From: the human T2T-CHM13v2.0 reference genome, Homo sapiens | Reading direction: 5' to 3' (one strand) | DNA: 64,000 bases | NCBI RefSeq assembly: GCF_009914755.1 | Contig: NC_060944.1 | Shown: in pieces, positions 1 through 15,870 of the stretch | How positions within the stretch are numbered: position 1 is the first letter of the stretch | Layout of the letters: the number at the start of each line of letters is the position of its first letter | Program-made: the position numbers and the translations under genes | Notes under the pieces: generated by a model | The model's input: the letters and a program-made list of their open reading frames with translations, nothing else | Databases searched by the model: none | Told to the model about the DNA's origin: nothing

Positions 1-544
1 GTGCCTTTCTTCTGGTGAGGCTATAGTGCTAAGGAGATAGTTCAGAAGTTAGATGCAGCCTCTCTGAGAGCCAGGTTTTACTGGGAGGTATGTGGATTGC
101 AGCCACGCATTTGTTTGCTCATTCATTCAATCCCTTGGCAAGGAGCCCTAGCTGGGAAGCCCCATCGGTGATGGTTGGTGGTAGGATTCCTGCCCCCAGC
201 AGCTTCCACATGCTGATACTGAAGTGACTGTTTCTGACTGAAGGAATGACAATCTCATCAAGTGAAGTATGAACAGAAAAAAAAAATGGCACAAAGATGT
301 TACCTTTTGAAGCTATTGACGGGAACCTGTTCCAAAGACCTCTGTGCTATTTTCTAACAGCAAAGAGACTGGTATTATTTTGGCGGGTTCCTTACAAGAA
401 AAAAAATAACCCTCCTGTGATGGCAGAGCCTCTGTGATGTCTGCCTAGATGGAGTGTAGCTTTTGCAGCCATGTAGGACCAGCTTGGAGCTCTCTGGGTG
501 TCCATCCTTCCTGCTCAGTGCGGGCCACAGACAATAGCATCACT

Positions 545-950
545 GTGCAACTTGATAGAAATGCTGATTCTAAACCCCACCACAGGCTGACTGGACTAGA
601 ATCTCTAGATTTGGAGCCCAGGAATCTGTGTTTTAATAAGTTCTCCAGGTGATTTTTAGAAGCCCTAGTCTAACAAGAACCCTGCAAAGCTAATTATTTT
701 GCTTCCCAAGGAGAACAGCTAACCCTCTGGAAAGTTAAAACCCTTTAGGTCTAGTGTTAGACCTAAAGGTCTACTCTTCTCAAACTTTAGTGACCATCAG
801 GATCACCTGGAGAGCTTATTAAAACATAAATTCCTGGGCCACACCCTCAGAGATTCCAATTCAGCGGATCTAGGGTGGAGCTCATGAATATGCATTTCTA
901 GTAAGTTCCTGCATATGCTGCTGCTGCCTGTCCTGGACCACATTCCTAGA
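545..950. mobile_element. Two MER5-type (hAT-Charlie) MITE fragments (~545-670 and ~772-950)
   Basis: Motifs ttctcaaactttag...atcacctggagagcttattaaaa, ggaatctgtgttttaataagttctccaggtgatt and tgcatttctagtaagttcc. Confidence 0.7.
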
Positions 951-1602
951 CTCCTTTAGCAACATCCTTCTTAAAGAAAAAAAACTGATTGCAACTGTCA
1001 GACCTTTTCAAGATCTCTGTTTCCGTCATTCCCTTTCAAAATTATATTTTCTTATTTAGGGAACTCAGTTTCTTCAGAAAACTACTTACTTTTTAAACTT
1101 ATTTTTCAATCAAAGTCCACAAACTATGTTAAAATAGAACTGGTTCTGGTCGTCCAGGGCATTTCTGAAAGAGCTTGTTGAGTGTAAGTAAATGGAAGAG
1201 GTATGGTATGGCTTCATGATTTCCTGTTCAGGAGACTTTAATCACCTTCCATCTGCTTAGAACCAGAGCTCTCATGATACACATTGTGGGGGACTAAATT
1301 TTCTGAGCACATTAGTCAAGCCCTGCAAAAATGACACCCAAATGATCACAAGTGGTCTCCAAGTCCCCTGAGGAAGAAACCTTAAAGTATTTATCTCTAG
1401 TCTTAAAAACCCTCAGTATCTTAACCCACAGTCTCTAGGATGCTAACGCTTAATGGGCAAAGTATGTAAAGAATTTTTTAAATTACTCATTGGACTCTCC
1501 TGTAAGTATTAACATGCTCAAATTAATTTGATATATATTGCCTTAAATAGTCCAAGGAAGATTGGTGCCAAAAAGCTTCATGAAACAATTAAAAAACACA
1601 CA

Positions 1603-1937
1603 CAGTCATGTGCTATGCATTTTGATCAATGATGGATAGATGGGTGGTCCCATAAGATAAGAATACCAGATTATTACTGTACCTTTTCCAAGTTGAGATA
1701 TCTTTAGATACGCAAATACTTACTATTGTGTTATAGTTACCCATAGTATTCAGTACAGTAACATGCTAAACAGATTTGTAGCCTGGGAGCAATAGGCTAT
1801 ACCATATAGCCTAGGTGTATAGTAGGCTATCCCATCTAGGTTTGCCTAAGTACACACTATGATGTTTACACAACGATGAAATCACCTAATGACGCATTTC
1901 CTAGAAGGTATCCCCATCGTTAAGTGACGCATGACTG
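1603..1937. mobile_element. Tigger3a (MER7/Golem-type) non-autonomous DNA transposon
   Basis: Terminal inverted repeats cagtcatg...catgactg followed by TA; internal ggtggtcccataagat and aataggctataccatatagcctaggtgt. Confidence 0.85.
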
Positions 1938-3714
1938 TATACTCCAATTTAAGATCCCAGCACCATGTCAAACAAAAAATGTTATAAAGATGTGTGAGAC
2001 ATGATCCTTGCCCTCACAATTATTTACTTGCTGCTTTCTGCATGGTAGGCACTCAGACTAAAAGGATGCTGGTGGAGTGACCTGTCAAACACGAATGTAC
2101 ACAGTATTTTTGTCTCCAGGAGAATTTGTGCTTCAAGGAGAATTTGAGGACCTATCACAGTTTCCTGGGGGATAGAGATGACATAGAGGCCAAAGTAGCA
2201 TGAAGCAAGAAATACTGGGAAGGATACCTGAGAACCACACAGGAGTCCAAAGGCAGCCTTGGTCCAAGCTGCCAGCCTACTCCAGGAGATGCCATTTGTT
2301 CAGAATTTTGAAGGCTGGATGGAAGGCTGGAAAAGGGTTGAGGGATGATATTATGGCAAAAGAAATAGCAGACATTGGAAGGATTACAGTAAAAGTAAGT
2401 AGGGAAGCATTTTCATCAGGCATGCTCCTGAAGGAGCAATGATTAATAAGCATGAGATCTGATCCCTTGGAAAATGTTAAACAAACCTGTCCTACCTCCA
2501 AAAAGGAACACATAAATCTATTTGAATGGAGCCATGTTTGCACTTGTGATTAAAGCAGGCTAACCTTTCCTGGGTGGCTTTTGTCTTTCCTTTTTGTTAT
2601 TCATGAGATCTTCTGTTTTCATCGTATATCCCCTCAAGGTTCTAGGTAAATGAACTACAGGCCCAGAAAAGCTTGTTTGCCTATCATATGTTCCTCCTAG
2701 AAAGTGAATTTATGGAAATTTTGGATATTTGTGCAGCTACAGAAAAGGAAATCTCAAATCTGGGGAGATGGAAAGAACAGGAACCTAGAGAGACTTGAGG
2801 CACAAATTCTCTGTACATTTGTGTTTGACAGGTCACTCCAGCAGCACATGCCAAACCAGGATGAGCAAAGTTCATAAGCTTGCTTTCTTATATGGCTGCC
2901 ACGACCTTCTAGAACCATCTGGAACTCTACCACCCTCCAGTTAACAGGCCCTATGTGCCCTGGTTTGCTCTTGGAAACATTCTGTACATCTGCACATACG
3001 GAGACACCCACGTGCAAACTCAGTAGAGGCAATGCATAATTTCCAGAGTTAGCACATGAATATCACATGAATGTATAGTGACTATATGTCAGAGATTTAC
3101 TTACTTCATTAGTGAGAAAACCAGTAGGCAGATCAAGTCAGTTCACAGAGTATTTGAGGAACAAAGATTTATATGGTCAGTCAGGAAAGGGAGGTTAAAA
3201 AAATTTGTTTAATTGGGTTCAAAACTGATTAATGCCCTCCAGGCCATACAACTACAATGCTTGGGATTATCTTTTCTACCAGAGATATATCATTTGCTTC
3301 TTTACTAGATGAAAGTCATGTGCTCAATCTTGTATAAAGTAACATGTAACTTGTCAGTCTGGTCTCTAATCAAGGGTAAATAACAAAAACTTTTGACGGT
3401 GATTGACATGTTTATTACTTTTATTGTAGTGATGGTTTCATGGCAATATACATATGTTAAAATTTAACAGATTTTGAAATAAATGTGTGCATTTGTTGTA
3501 TGTTCTTTATACTTCAATAAAGCTGTTAGAAAAAAATAGTAAGCCCAAACAAGTTACATTCCCCTAAAAAATTACATAATCCCCAGGCAGTCCTATTAGA
3601 AAATGTTCCAATATGATATAAAAGAATTTTCTCATCTTTTTTTTTTTTTTTTAGCTTTCAAGCTTTAGATAATTTTTCTTGACTTTAATTAAAGTAGTTG
3701 TTCTCGACTCAAAG

Positions 3715-3920
3715 AGATTTAAGTTTTGGCCACTTAGTAAGTGTGTAACCTTAGGCAAAATATTTAAACCTCCCTGAGGCTCAGATTCTCCATCTGAAAA
3801 AAAAAAGGGAGATAATAATAGATCTCTGTTTCATAGGTGTATTACTAGGGTTAAATAAAAATATGCATTTGGGTGCTTAGCACAGCACCTGGTACATCTT
3901 AAGGACCTAGTAAAGGTTAC
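3715..3920 (+). mobile_element. MIR SINE
   Basis: MIR core: gtgtaaccttaggcaa...ctcagattctccatctgaaaa...gataataata...gcttagcacagcacctggtaca. Confidence 0.7.
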
Positions 3921-4239
3921 CTGTTCTTAATTATCATTTCCAAGGAGCAATGTAGCTCAGGAGCTATGTGAATGAGAGACGATGAGACAAAAAATATCAT
4001 AGACCAGGGATGAGACCCTAAGGACACTCAGAACTGTGTTCTTGACCAGGTCACTTGTCTTTACCTTTTTTCTGATTCCTCAGCTACAAACCGCAAGGAG
4101 TAGATGAGAGCTAAAGCAGGTCCTAATTTTTAGACTAGGATTCACCAGGCCTTGGACTGAATCCTGATGGAATCCTGGCTTCTTCACATCCAGAATCTCA
4201 TAAGCTCTTAGGGCTCTCTGTCCACGGTATTGTATCTCA

Positions 4240-4400
4240 GTGATGAGGACTCTGGATTCGAATCCTGATTCTGCCACTTACTAGCTATGTGACTCTAGGC
4301 TACTTACCGAACCCCTCTGTGATTTGGTTTCCTATCTATAAAATGGGGATGATGAAGGCACCCACATCACATAGAGCTGGTGGGACTATGATACTGAGTT
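4240..4400 (+). mobile_element. MIR SINE
   Basis: ttcgaatcctgattctgccacttactagctatgtgact...tttcctatctataaaatgggg. Confidence 0.75.
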
Positions 4401-5029
4401 ATCACATACCAGGATCTATACAGTGCTGGGAGGACTCTACATGCTCAGGGATCATCCCTGTTACTATGAGCACCTGTGAATGAGTGATCGGGCAGCCAAG
4501 GGTCCCATTCAGCAAGCCTGAGGAGTGCTGGTGGACTTCTCAAAATGATGAGACTTGAAAATGTAATTTTTATATGCAGGACAATTCCCCTTTGCGGTGT
4601 CACCCAGCAATAACTCCAAAGGTGTATTTGGGGGTACTAATACAAGCTGTCTGGCAGTTGTAGATGTGGTTTAGTGACATTTGTACATTTTGTGATCTAC
4701 ATGTCACACACACCCTGGGACTGGAAAAAAGGTGTTAACACCCACAAAGGGGCTGACCAGGCAGTTCTCAGGGTGGCCTAGCCAGACCTTCCACCCTGCT
4801 GACTGGCAGGGTTCCCTACGCAGGATGTGCCCTCCTCCTCCCACAGAGCCCACAGATGGCTTACCACCTGCTTTGGGGAAGACGGCTGCTTCCTAGTTCT
4901 GGGGCATTGCTCAGCCTGAGCTACAAGATTTATCCCCGGAGGGTTCCTTTAGCAGGCACTGTGGGTCTCCTATGAGATCCCTTTGTTCCCTTTTACCAGC
5001 CCATTGCATAGCTTCTGCATGTTTTGCTG

Positions 5030-5390
5030 CTAAAGGCAATCTATGATTTTACTCATACAGAAAGTTGCTTCATCCATACAGAGACCAGAAATGGCTGGGA
5101 GTTTTTGTACCTCACAAGTGGCTTTAGCCAATGACTGACTGACATAGAAGTGCGCAAAGCCCAGCTCTCTCTCCTGGAGGTGAGGCATGCTCTGAGGTGC
5201 ATTTAAGACTCCAGAGCTCCATGGAGGATGATGCTGATGCTGGCACACCCCCCTTGCTTGGCTTCTTCCCCTTTCTTGACCTATCTCCTCCACTCCCTTC
5301 CTGATCTCCCCCCAGAGCATTCCCTCAACAAATTCCCTTTACATAGACTCTTAGCTCAGGGTTGGCTCTTAGAAGCAGCAAACCCAGGAG
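5030..5390 (+). mobile_element. ERVL LTR16-like solo LTR
   Basis: LTR16-type 3' end (gagcattccctcaacaaat...ctcagggttggctcttagaag); resembles the copies at ~13490 (-) and ~62660 (+). Confidence 0.55.
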
Positions 5391-7149
5391 GAGCTCCTTT
5401 TCCCGCGCACTCCCACCTCCAGTAGAGAAGTGCCTCTCTGCAAGTAGCTTATGGAATCCCAAAGGAGGACGGTCCTGCTCTGAAGTTCTTAGAAACACAG
5501 AACTTTGAGCAGTTTGCCCTATCCTGAGCTACCTGCTTTGTAAACACTTTGGGAGCAGGAGGAGAAACCAGATGGGAAGACACAGGCCTTGCGGTAAATG
5601 GAGAAAACAGCAATTCAAATCCTCCAAGGAAAAAACAGTTCCCCCAGGGCAAAGTGCTGGAGACGCATACCTGCCTCGGGTCTGGAAAATTATTTTTTAA
5701 TGCACTGGGCAGTCTCGGAGCCTCATGAACTTCTTCCAAAACAGATATAGCCTGCCTGTGTCTCATTGGCCTCAGGGAAAATCTCTCTAGCTTCCCTCTT
5801 CAGCTCAGCCTCTATAGAAAAGGGTCTGTGCCTTCCGACTGTTTCTTCATCTGAAGTAAAAAGATTGATGGGACACAATGGGACTCCTGAGCCCAGCCAT
5901 TTGTGGCTAAGGTACTTGAAATGATATAGAGGGATCCCTTCTCCCCAAGCCATCAGGGCAGCCCATAGCCTAGACTTTGGGTAAGAAAAATATCTGAAAA
6001 TTTGTCTTTTGGAGTTTGCCAAATCCCAGGGTCCAAGTGGGCCCACGGATAAGAATAACGGTTGTGACAGCCAACCTGCCAAGTTTCCAAAAGACTGGAT
6101 GGTACTACACAGACTCACTGGTGTAGCAAAGCACTTCAAACTTTGATTGCTTAAACGGCCATCAAACGATGCTTGCTCCTCTGGCCACAAGTGACACTCT
6201 TAAGTGTTGTCCACCCTCTTGTATGTTTCCTTCCAATGGGCAAATAACTCTTTGAGCTATACAGAGACTAGGTGGGAGAGGGTGAATGGGTCAGGGTAAG
6301 TTCCTCCAAGTTTCTGGAACAGTAACACCCACACACACACATACACACACAATTTATTTCCTCTGCCAACTCAGGGTTCTGGGGTGGGAATTCACTGTGG
6401 TCTATACACTACCTGGCAATTGGAGATGCAAAATGTAGGGTTTTGGGCCCAAGAAAGCTAGTAAAGAGTACAACTTGAGTACTAGAATTACTAATGAAGT
6501 ACAACTCATTAAAAATATTAGTAGGCAAATCTACCTTTTCTGTGATTTAACACAGGAATCGTGGGTTAGAAGATTTGTGTCCTCCATTTATAGAATATTT
6601 TTCTGTTTTCTTGGACATAATTAAACATTCTAGCCTCCTTTCCCTTTGTTAATATGGCTTTGATAACTTTGGGCTTCATTTACGGATTTTGTATAGGGCT
6701 ATTAAGCGCAGAACAGTGAGACTATGATAATTATAAGAATAGAAATAAATGCATAATAACAAAACTTACAAAAATCGATTCCATTACATTCAGAACTGGT
6801 AATAAATCAAATTATGTAAAAAAACCTTTATGCATAGATAATGCAAGGGCATAAACAATGTTTCAAAGGGAGAACATGTGAAGTAGAACAGATGGATTTA
6901 GGCAGACCTGTTACTGGCAAAGCTACAAGCTGCTTGCAGACAGATTAAAGCCATCTTAGAGAGGATGAGCTTTGGGTTGTTTTTCAACACCTAAGTGTTC
7001 CATAAATGAGTAAGAGTTAAAATCAGAGCTAGGTATCTCTAAGAAATAATAATAGCTAAGATTTAGGCAAGAATGTACTTAAACTAGTTTGTTAGTAGTT
7101 GAAACCTTCATGTGCATCTTTCAAGTCTATCCGCTATTACGAAGGACCA

Positions 7150-7830
7150 TTAATTAACCTACATATTTTATTTTAAACTTCTTTGAGTCATAAACTAATG
7201 GAGAAAGAATGAATTATTCAATAAATGATGTTGAAAAAGGAGCTGTTTGGAAAAATATAGAATTAGGGCTTTAATTCTTTCCGTATGTACACTAAAACAA
7301 ATTTTAGCTGGATTAAAACGTTGAATTAAATATGACCACTGAGAAAACTAGAAAAAAATGAACTTTTAACTCATTTTGGAATATGCAAACATTTTACAGA
7401 TAAAATACTGAGGAAATCACAAGTTAAAAATATACACTGATGAGCCTTTGTAGAAAGCACTTTGGTAATATACCTCAGCTGTCATTAATTTATTTTCTTT
7501 GACCTGTAAATCCACTCCTGGGAATCTATTATAAGGAAATAATCCAAGATGTAAATGCAATGTTTGTGTAAATATGTTCATGATAGCCTAACTTACAATG
7601 GCAAAAAGAAAGGGAATGGAAAGGAAAGGAAAGGCTGGGGAAGGAAGAGGAGAGAGGAAACAAAACAACTCTAAACATCCAGTAACAGGAGATTAGCCAA
7701 ATAAATCTTAATATGTTATGTGAGGGAACATCATGCAGTCATTAAAAATGTCATTTGAGCAATGTCTAATATATGAAAATTTTCATAATGTAATTGACTA
7801 TAAAAAACAGGATAATATGTGTATATCTGA
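7150..7830 (+). mobile_element. Old L1M(E) 3' fragment
   Basis: Degenerate ORF2-end/3'UTR motifs: tattcaataaatgatgttg, ctttgacctgtaaatccactcctgggaatcta, atgcagtcattaaaa. Confidence 0.65.
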
Positions 7831-7894
7831 TTCTTTAACAAATAAATTTATGTATATGCAGGCATACACATGTATATTGATTCTAAATAGTGCA

Positions 7895-8070
7895 TTGGTT
7901 CCCAATCTTGGCTGCACACTAAAGTCACTGGGGAGCTTTAAATATACTGCATCCTGGGATTCATTCTCAGATTCTGATTGAATTGGTCTGGGGTGTTACC
8001 GGGGCATCAAGATTCTTTTAAAGCTCCCCAGGAGATTTAAATGCGCCCCTCCAGATTTGAGAACTATGGG
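7895..8070. mobile_element. MER5A1-like MITE
   Basis: ttggctgcacactaaagtcactggggagcttt...cagattctgattgaattggtctgggg...aagctccccaggagatt. Confidence 0.75.
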
Positions 8071-8169
8071 CATATGATTTAAAAAAGGAAAAAAACAATT
8101 CTTCACTGAGAAGACTTGGAGAAAGAATAAATATTTATTTAGCCTTCCGAAGCAAAAAGACATTCACCT

Positions 8170-8789
<620 letters not shown>

Positions 8790-10404
8790 CTAGCTGCCAG
8801 CAAATTTCATAGAATAGTGCCCAAGGAAAACCTTACCTGTTTGTATTACTAAGAAAAATTATCCATAACTTGGAAATAAAGCAAAATGATGGATGCACAT
8901 CTTTCATTTGACATACTGGTCATCTAATGGACCCACTCAAGGATTATCCCATTCTCTTTCTTTGACGTACTATTAACTTTTATCAGGGTCCAGACTCTGT
9001 GAAGTTACATGTTTGTTAATTTAGAGATCTCGTGTCATGGAAATTTAAATGATTCCTGTGTGATAGAAAAAGCAACTGCAAAGGTGACACTTTTATTGCT
9101 CCGTAAGATATTAACCAGCTTTGTATTTCAGTTAGTAATCTTATTCCAGTATTATGTATGAATTCTCTTTGAACCAGCTTTACCATCTTGTTGGCTCTCT
9201 CATTAATGAGTTAATAAATCTTCATCACATACTCCTTCTATATTTTTATGAGACTCATGTTTTTAACTTTTTGAAAGGGTACCTTGAAAACTATCCATGA
9301 TCAAACATGGATTTAGTGACAGAAGTGAACCTAGAAAACTCATCCTGAGTGGAGACTGATCCAGCAACAACATCTTAGCGTTTGGCCACAAAATGCTTCC
9401 TTCTCCCAATGTTCTCAGAACATGCGCTCTGTGTGGCTTACAAAAATCTCCAGGCCCTTTGCCCACAAGGTCTAATGCAAGCGCCTTTTAAATCCACTCC
9501 ATGATAATGATAGGGAATGCCAAATTGAGTAACTGGAGAAGTCAAATTTACCCACTAGGGTAGTTACAGTCACAGTAGTTACTTACCTTAAGCAATTCGA
9601 TATTTGGGTAAATCCAATTTTACCAATCAGTCTTCTGCCATCATTGACTCCCACAATCACTTCAGAGACACTTTATCATCATGTGGAGCTCTTCTGCCAT
9701 CAAATGGGACTCCTGACACTTTGGCCAGGGACCTTTTTCTATTTTTTGTTACCCCTCTCTGTGTCAAATACTCCCATAATGATCTATAAAATTCTAGAAT
9801 ATAAGCTAGTAGCTTTGCTATTTAAAGAAACCCTGCAGTGAATTCACTTCTAGAGCAAATAATTTTCCGGAGAGTTTAACTGCTTAGTAGGTTGGCGTAT
9901 AGTAGGCTTGTTCAGAGTGGGATTGTGTTCATAGGTCCTGGTTTCTTCAAAGAGGGACATAGCAGAACTGTTATCTAAGGCTATATATATACAAAGATAT
10001 ATGTATGGCAGAGTATGGCAGAATATATATATATTCAGCAGAGGTGATAATAATGATGAAGTCCAGGGTGAATGCCCATGTTTTTTGATATGAGATTATC
10101 AGATTAATCTGAGGAATAACAATTAGGTTGGCATTTTTGTTTCTCTCACCTCCATGGAAGCAGAATTTGCAAGTGAGTCAGCTCCTTCCTGGGAGTTTGC
10201 TGGCTTAGGAAATGTCTTTCTTGTTTCCACAGTGGTTCCTGTAATACTGAGGAGCAGATGGTGTTTCTTCCAGCATGGTAAACTTTTCCAAAAAGGATGG
10301 GAGGATAGAAAGAATTAAGTCCATCAGCATTCTAATCTCTATGACAGTCTTGTGGGTGCAATTAGATTCTGAGGAACCATTTTAAAGGACCAGCTAATCA
10401 GGAC

Positions 10405-10710
10405 TTTTTTTATTTTTATTTTTATTTTTTTTGAGACAGTCTCATTCTCTTGCCCAGGCTGGCATGCTATAATGTGATCATAGCTCACTGCAGCCTTTAA
10501 CTCCTGGGCTTAAGCCATCCTCCCACTTCAGCTCCCCAAGTGTCTGGGACTGCAGGTGCACACTGCCATGCCAGCTAACTTCTAAATTTTTTGTAGAGAT
10601 GGGTCTGGCCATGTTGCCCAGGCTGGTCTGAAACTCATGGCCTCAAGCAATCCTCCTGCCTTGACCTCCCAAAATGCTAGGATTATAGGCTTGAGCCGCT
10701 GTGCCCAGCC
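10405..10710 (-). mobile_element. AluJ
   Basis: Antisense Alu with J-type features (atcatagctcactgcagcct, ctcctgggcttaagc). Confidence 0.9.
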
Positions 10711-11560
10711 AGAACCCATTCTTATGAAGTGACCTGGGTTTGTGTCATCAACACTATACATACACCTCGGCTTCCTTCATAGAGCCAGAGACCTCAGGTT
10801 TGGAAGAGAATTTGCACATCACCTGATCCAACGTCCCATCTTATAAATGAATCATGTCCATCAAGGCTACCAGCTGGTTGGTCAGCCTTTCCCTGAAATA
10901 GGGAACTCACTTTTTCTGAGTCCTCTAACCCAGACTTTGGACAGATCTCTTAGAAATTTATTCTGTCATTTCCTCCCAGTGCTGATGGTTTTATTCCTTA
11001 GAGTCTGTTGCAAATTTTCCTCTGCCAATTTGGTAATTCTCAGTAATTATTTTAATAGATGTAGTTAAAGTAGGTGAAGTTCGTAGGTCTCCTCCCTCAT
11101 GACATTGAAACTAGGTATTATATTTAAGGAAAACAAGCCTCAGGATGGATTCTTCCCTCACCAAAATATTTCTTAGCAAGCAGACACAATACTAGTTGGA
11201 AAACTTGTTCTATAAACACAATGAAGTATGCATTTTCTGTTCACTTGGGCATTCCAATCAGCACCTTGCATAATATTCTAGTGGCAGGATTCAGGTGACC
11301 TTGCAGTCAGATCAGATTAAAACAAACAAACAAAAAAAGTGGTTCTTAAAGTGCATTCCCTGAACCACCACCAGCAGCAGCATCAGAGAATGAGAATCTT
11401 AGAAATGCAAATTGCTAGGCCCTACCCCAGAATCACTTACTACATCAGCAATCTGAGTTTTAACAAGTGCTACCCATGAGAATCGGTCAGGAAACTCCCC
11501 TAACCATGACAGAATCAAGGAGCAAATGTAAGCCTTAGGTTAATGGCATACTTAGACTCA

Positions 11561-11562
<2 letters not shown>

Positions 11563-11607
<45 letters not shown>

Positions 11608-11609
11608 CA
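11563..11609. repeat. (CA)n microsatellite, one interruption
   Basis: Direct observation. Confidence 0.95.
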
Positions 11610-13465
11610 TCTGGCTTATATTATGTGGGATGGTAGTACATTTACAGTATTTCTAGCCAATTTTTACATTTTGAACATTCATTCCACCAATAAAAAATTA
11701 TTCCTAACATCCATTAGGTTAATTAGTAAACCTTTCCATAGATCACAGGCAAAAGGAGTTGAAACACTAATAGTAGCTATCTCAGAAATGTGAGCTCCTG
11801 ATATAACTCTTTCAAATGCTAACTGCCTATCCTAGAAGTCTGTATCTCTGCTTAGGGTACCATGACTGTTTACTAACCACCTCTTGGGTACAGATTACAA
11901 CTAATATACATTCATGTCAATGAATTTTAAGTTAAATTACAATTTAATGGCTAATATTGAACCAATCTAGTATCTATTCCTTGCAGTAACCAGAGTCATG
12001 CTCTGTCTTCTTTTCTCCAAGCTAAATACCCTCATACCCTCAATCATTTTTAGTACAATGGGATTTCAAAGCCCTTGACCACATTGTTCTCCTCCCAGCT
12101 TTAAGGTAACTACAAACGAATGAGTATGAACATGTGATTCAGGAAATCGCTTTTTCTGTGGGCTTCCAGATCCCAGGATAAAGGTACCTACACACACCCT
12201 AAATGTTCCACTTCTATTCCCTGAGCCACCACACCCTAGACCTTGCTCAAACTCAGAGCCTCTCTTTGCCAAGCTTCCCTTGCCTACGTTTGCACCCTCT
12301 ACATGGGTCAGACATATGGAAACATAGGCAAGAATGTGGGTGTGTGATCCATCCCCTTATCTATAGCAATGAATTCCCCAGCATAGCACATATACCTTCA
12401 GTGGCTGGTGAAATGAGCTTAGGAGGATGATAGATGAAATTTGCAATATACATTTTAGTAATTGTGTATCTACTTTAATGTATATTAAACAAACATAATT
12501 AGCCATAACATTTCTGATTTTATAGATATTATTACTTAGAATGAGGCTAGGTTTGAAAGGTGCGTTAAAATCAATGATTTTAAAAAGACTTAGGGAATTA
12601 ACAATGTAGCGTGCATTTATGCCTAAATTGTGAAGAAAACATAAGAGGCCCAGGGTTTTGGAAAAACTATTCACAAGGATAATGAGTTCAGGATATGGGG
12701 ACCCTGGCCAGAGTTGTCTTCACCATAAGTACTTTTTCTAGGAAAACAGAAATTATGTTGATCAGCATTATTTACCTGCCAAACTGTTCATCTTTTCTCC
12801 AGAAGGCAGTAAAAAATAACACAAAGTGCCAAAACGCAATGAGTTTAGCAACACAAACACCACTGATTCTTTGATAAATACCATACAGCTCATGTGCCTG
12901 CTTTTAATTCAGGAGAGAAAGCCTTCTATACCAAGGCCAGCACCCACCAGAGAAGATCTAAGTCAGAAAAAAGTAGAGTTTTAGTTTTGCTATGGAAGGA
13001 TGATATCATGAAATATAAAAATAGCAATTGTCTGAAATTAACAGTAGGAAAAAGACAGGCTACATTGGCCTTAGTCCTGTTATTTTTATATATTCTAAAA
13101 ACATTCTCAACTAGCATAGACGAGTCCCTTCCTCTCCACTATTTTGATGTTTGCCATTTCAAGGATACCTTAAGGTGAGCCCTAGATTGGGACTTAAAGA
13201 TTCAGGCTCTGCGTGACTCTGTAGTTTCAAGTTACTCCACCTTTCTGAGCTTCCCTTCCTCCTGTGACAAATGACACCCAGTAATCCTCAAGTTCTAGCC
13301 ATTCTGTGATATTCTGAATGTGGAGTCTTCAAATCCAAGTAAGTTCAGCCAAGCTGAGAACACAGAGAATTTTTGTTCTTTTTCCCCTCTTTTCCTGATT
13401 CAGTGATTTGTTGATTCCTCTAAGTACATGGCGTCCAGCTATCCATACGTGATAAAAAAAAATAG

Positions 13466-14260
<795 letters not shown>

Positions 14261-15511
14261 GGGAGCTGAGCAGATACCCAATAACATTGACTACTGAAGG
14301 CAAAACTGTTACTAAGCCTGAATACATACCAGCTTCCTTCCAGGTGTTGGTGTGGTCATAGCAGCACAGAAATAGTTTGGTTTTCATGAGAATGGTGGGA
14401 GTGGGGTCTTTCTGTTTGGTCTTAGAATCTGTCTGTTCACGCACTCCTGAGAGGAATCATTTTGTTTAGGGTATAACAAGACTTTCTTTTATTGTGGCCA
14501 AGTGTTAGCCCCACAGAAGATTACTCATCTCCCAAGAACCAAGCTGTGTACCTCAGAATACAAACATTTTCATCAGTTCTGTCCTAGGATGGGGAAGGAA
14601 GAGACCCAAACGCAAAGGTTTCTTGCGAGAGCTCCTAAAACCATCCCTAAGGGGCGGTTCTCCACTCCAGCTTCAGGCTGGATGCGGCTGCACTAACAGT
14701 AGCACTCTGTAAATATTGGTTAAATGAATGAACCTGTTACCGTGGTTTGTTTAACTATGAACAGAATCAATGAGACAAGATTGGGGCCCCTCTTCTCTCC
14801 TGGTCAGTGAGGCTGCTGTGCTTTGGCTCCTAAGTAAACAATCAGGAACTGTTGCATAATACAAACCACAGGGCTAAATACCCATTTAGCCACATTTGCA
14901 AAACAGACAAAAGAAACATTGGCATTTTCGAAAAAGAGAGATTTAGGCATAATCAGTGTTGGTTGTGGCTGGATGCCCTGTTACAATTAAGAAATGCCAA
15001 TGCTGGCTGCATTTCAATGCCAGGCCTCCCCAGACCCAGCACCCTAAAATACAAAACCCAAGCAGAGGCCGCTTTTCACGATGCTGTCACTAATCCTGGA
15101 CTAGCCCAGGGAAGGGGCATATCAGGGAAGCCAGACTTCCCTTCTCAGAAGAAACCAGATCAAGACTGTGCCTATTTATATCCAGACATACAGATATAGA
15201 ATCCCATTTAGGAATGGTGTGGGGTGGAATGTTCTGGGAAATAGATTAGCCAAGCTTGAAAGGAATTGGGCTTTAATGCTAGTGCCTCTTCTCAGAGACA
15301 CTGTGGGAGAGGGTGACAATTCTGTGGGCTGGTTAAAGTACTTGTCACTTGAGATTGTTCTTTAGCCAAATTCTCCTATAAGAAGCATACTAATGGTGTT
15401 TAACACATGCTATGTTATCAGATATTGAAAACAACATAGTGGGAAGGAAAAGGGACCACCACCTCAGATCAAGATGGCCTCCTCAATGCTGGGGAGCCGC
15501 GTTCTTGTGTT

Positions 15512-15538
15512 TTTGGATAGTTTGGATAGTTTGGATAG
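15512..15538. repeat. Tandem repeat (TTTGGATAG)3
   Basis: Three exact 9-mer copies. Confidence 0.9.
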
Positions 15539-15790
15539 TTTATCATAAGGTTACCCTTATGGGAAACCAGAGTTTCCCACTGGATCCTTGCAAAGACCTT
15601 CAGCCCTAAGTCATGCTACACATGGATCCTTCCACTCTGGGGGACCATAAGAAGGACCTGTGGTTGTTGTTGAAAATGCAGATGCTAGCCCGACCTCCAC
15701 AGATTGCTTTCCATAGGTAATGTAACTGGGAATCTGCATTTTAGCAAGCAACTAAAAAAGATTTTGATGCAAGGAGATCTCAGACCATGC

Positions 15791-15870
15791 TTTTTTTTTT
15801 TTTTTTTTTCTGAGATGGAGTCTCGCTCTGTTGCCCAGACTGGAGTGCAGTGGCGCGATCTCGGCTTACT
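15791..15870 (-). mobile_element. Short truncated Alu 3' fragment next to a MER5 remnant (~15640-15790)
   Basis: Poly-T then gagatggagtctcgctctgttgcccagactggagtgcagtggcgcgatctcggct, ending abruptly. Confidence 0.85.

Noticed and set aside
5449-6190. 105-aa and 155-aa minus-strand ORFs, and the ORF cluster at 22151-23049
   Set aside because: No recognisable domains or splice structure; lengths are within chance expectation.
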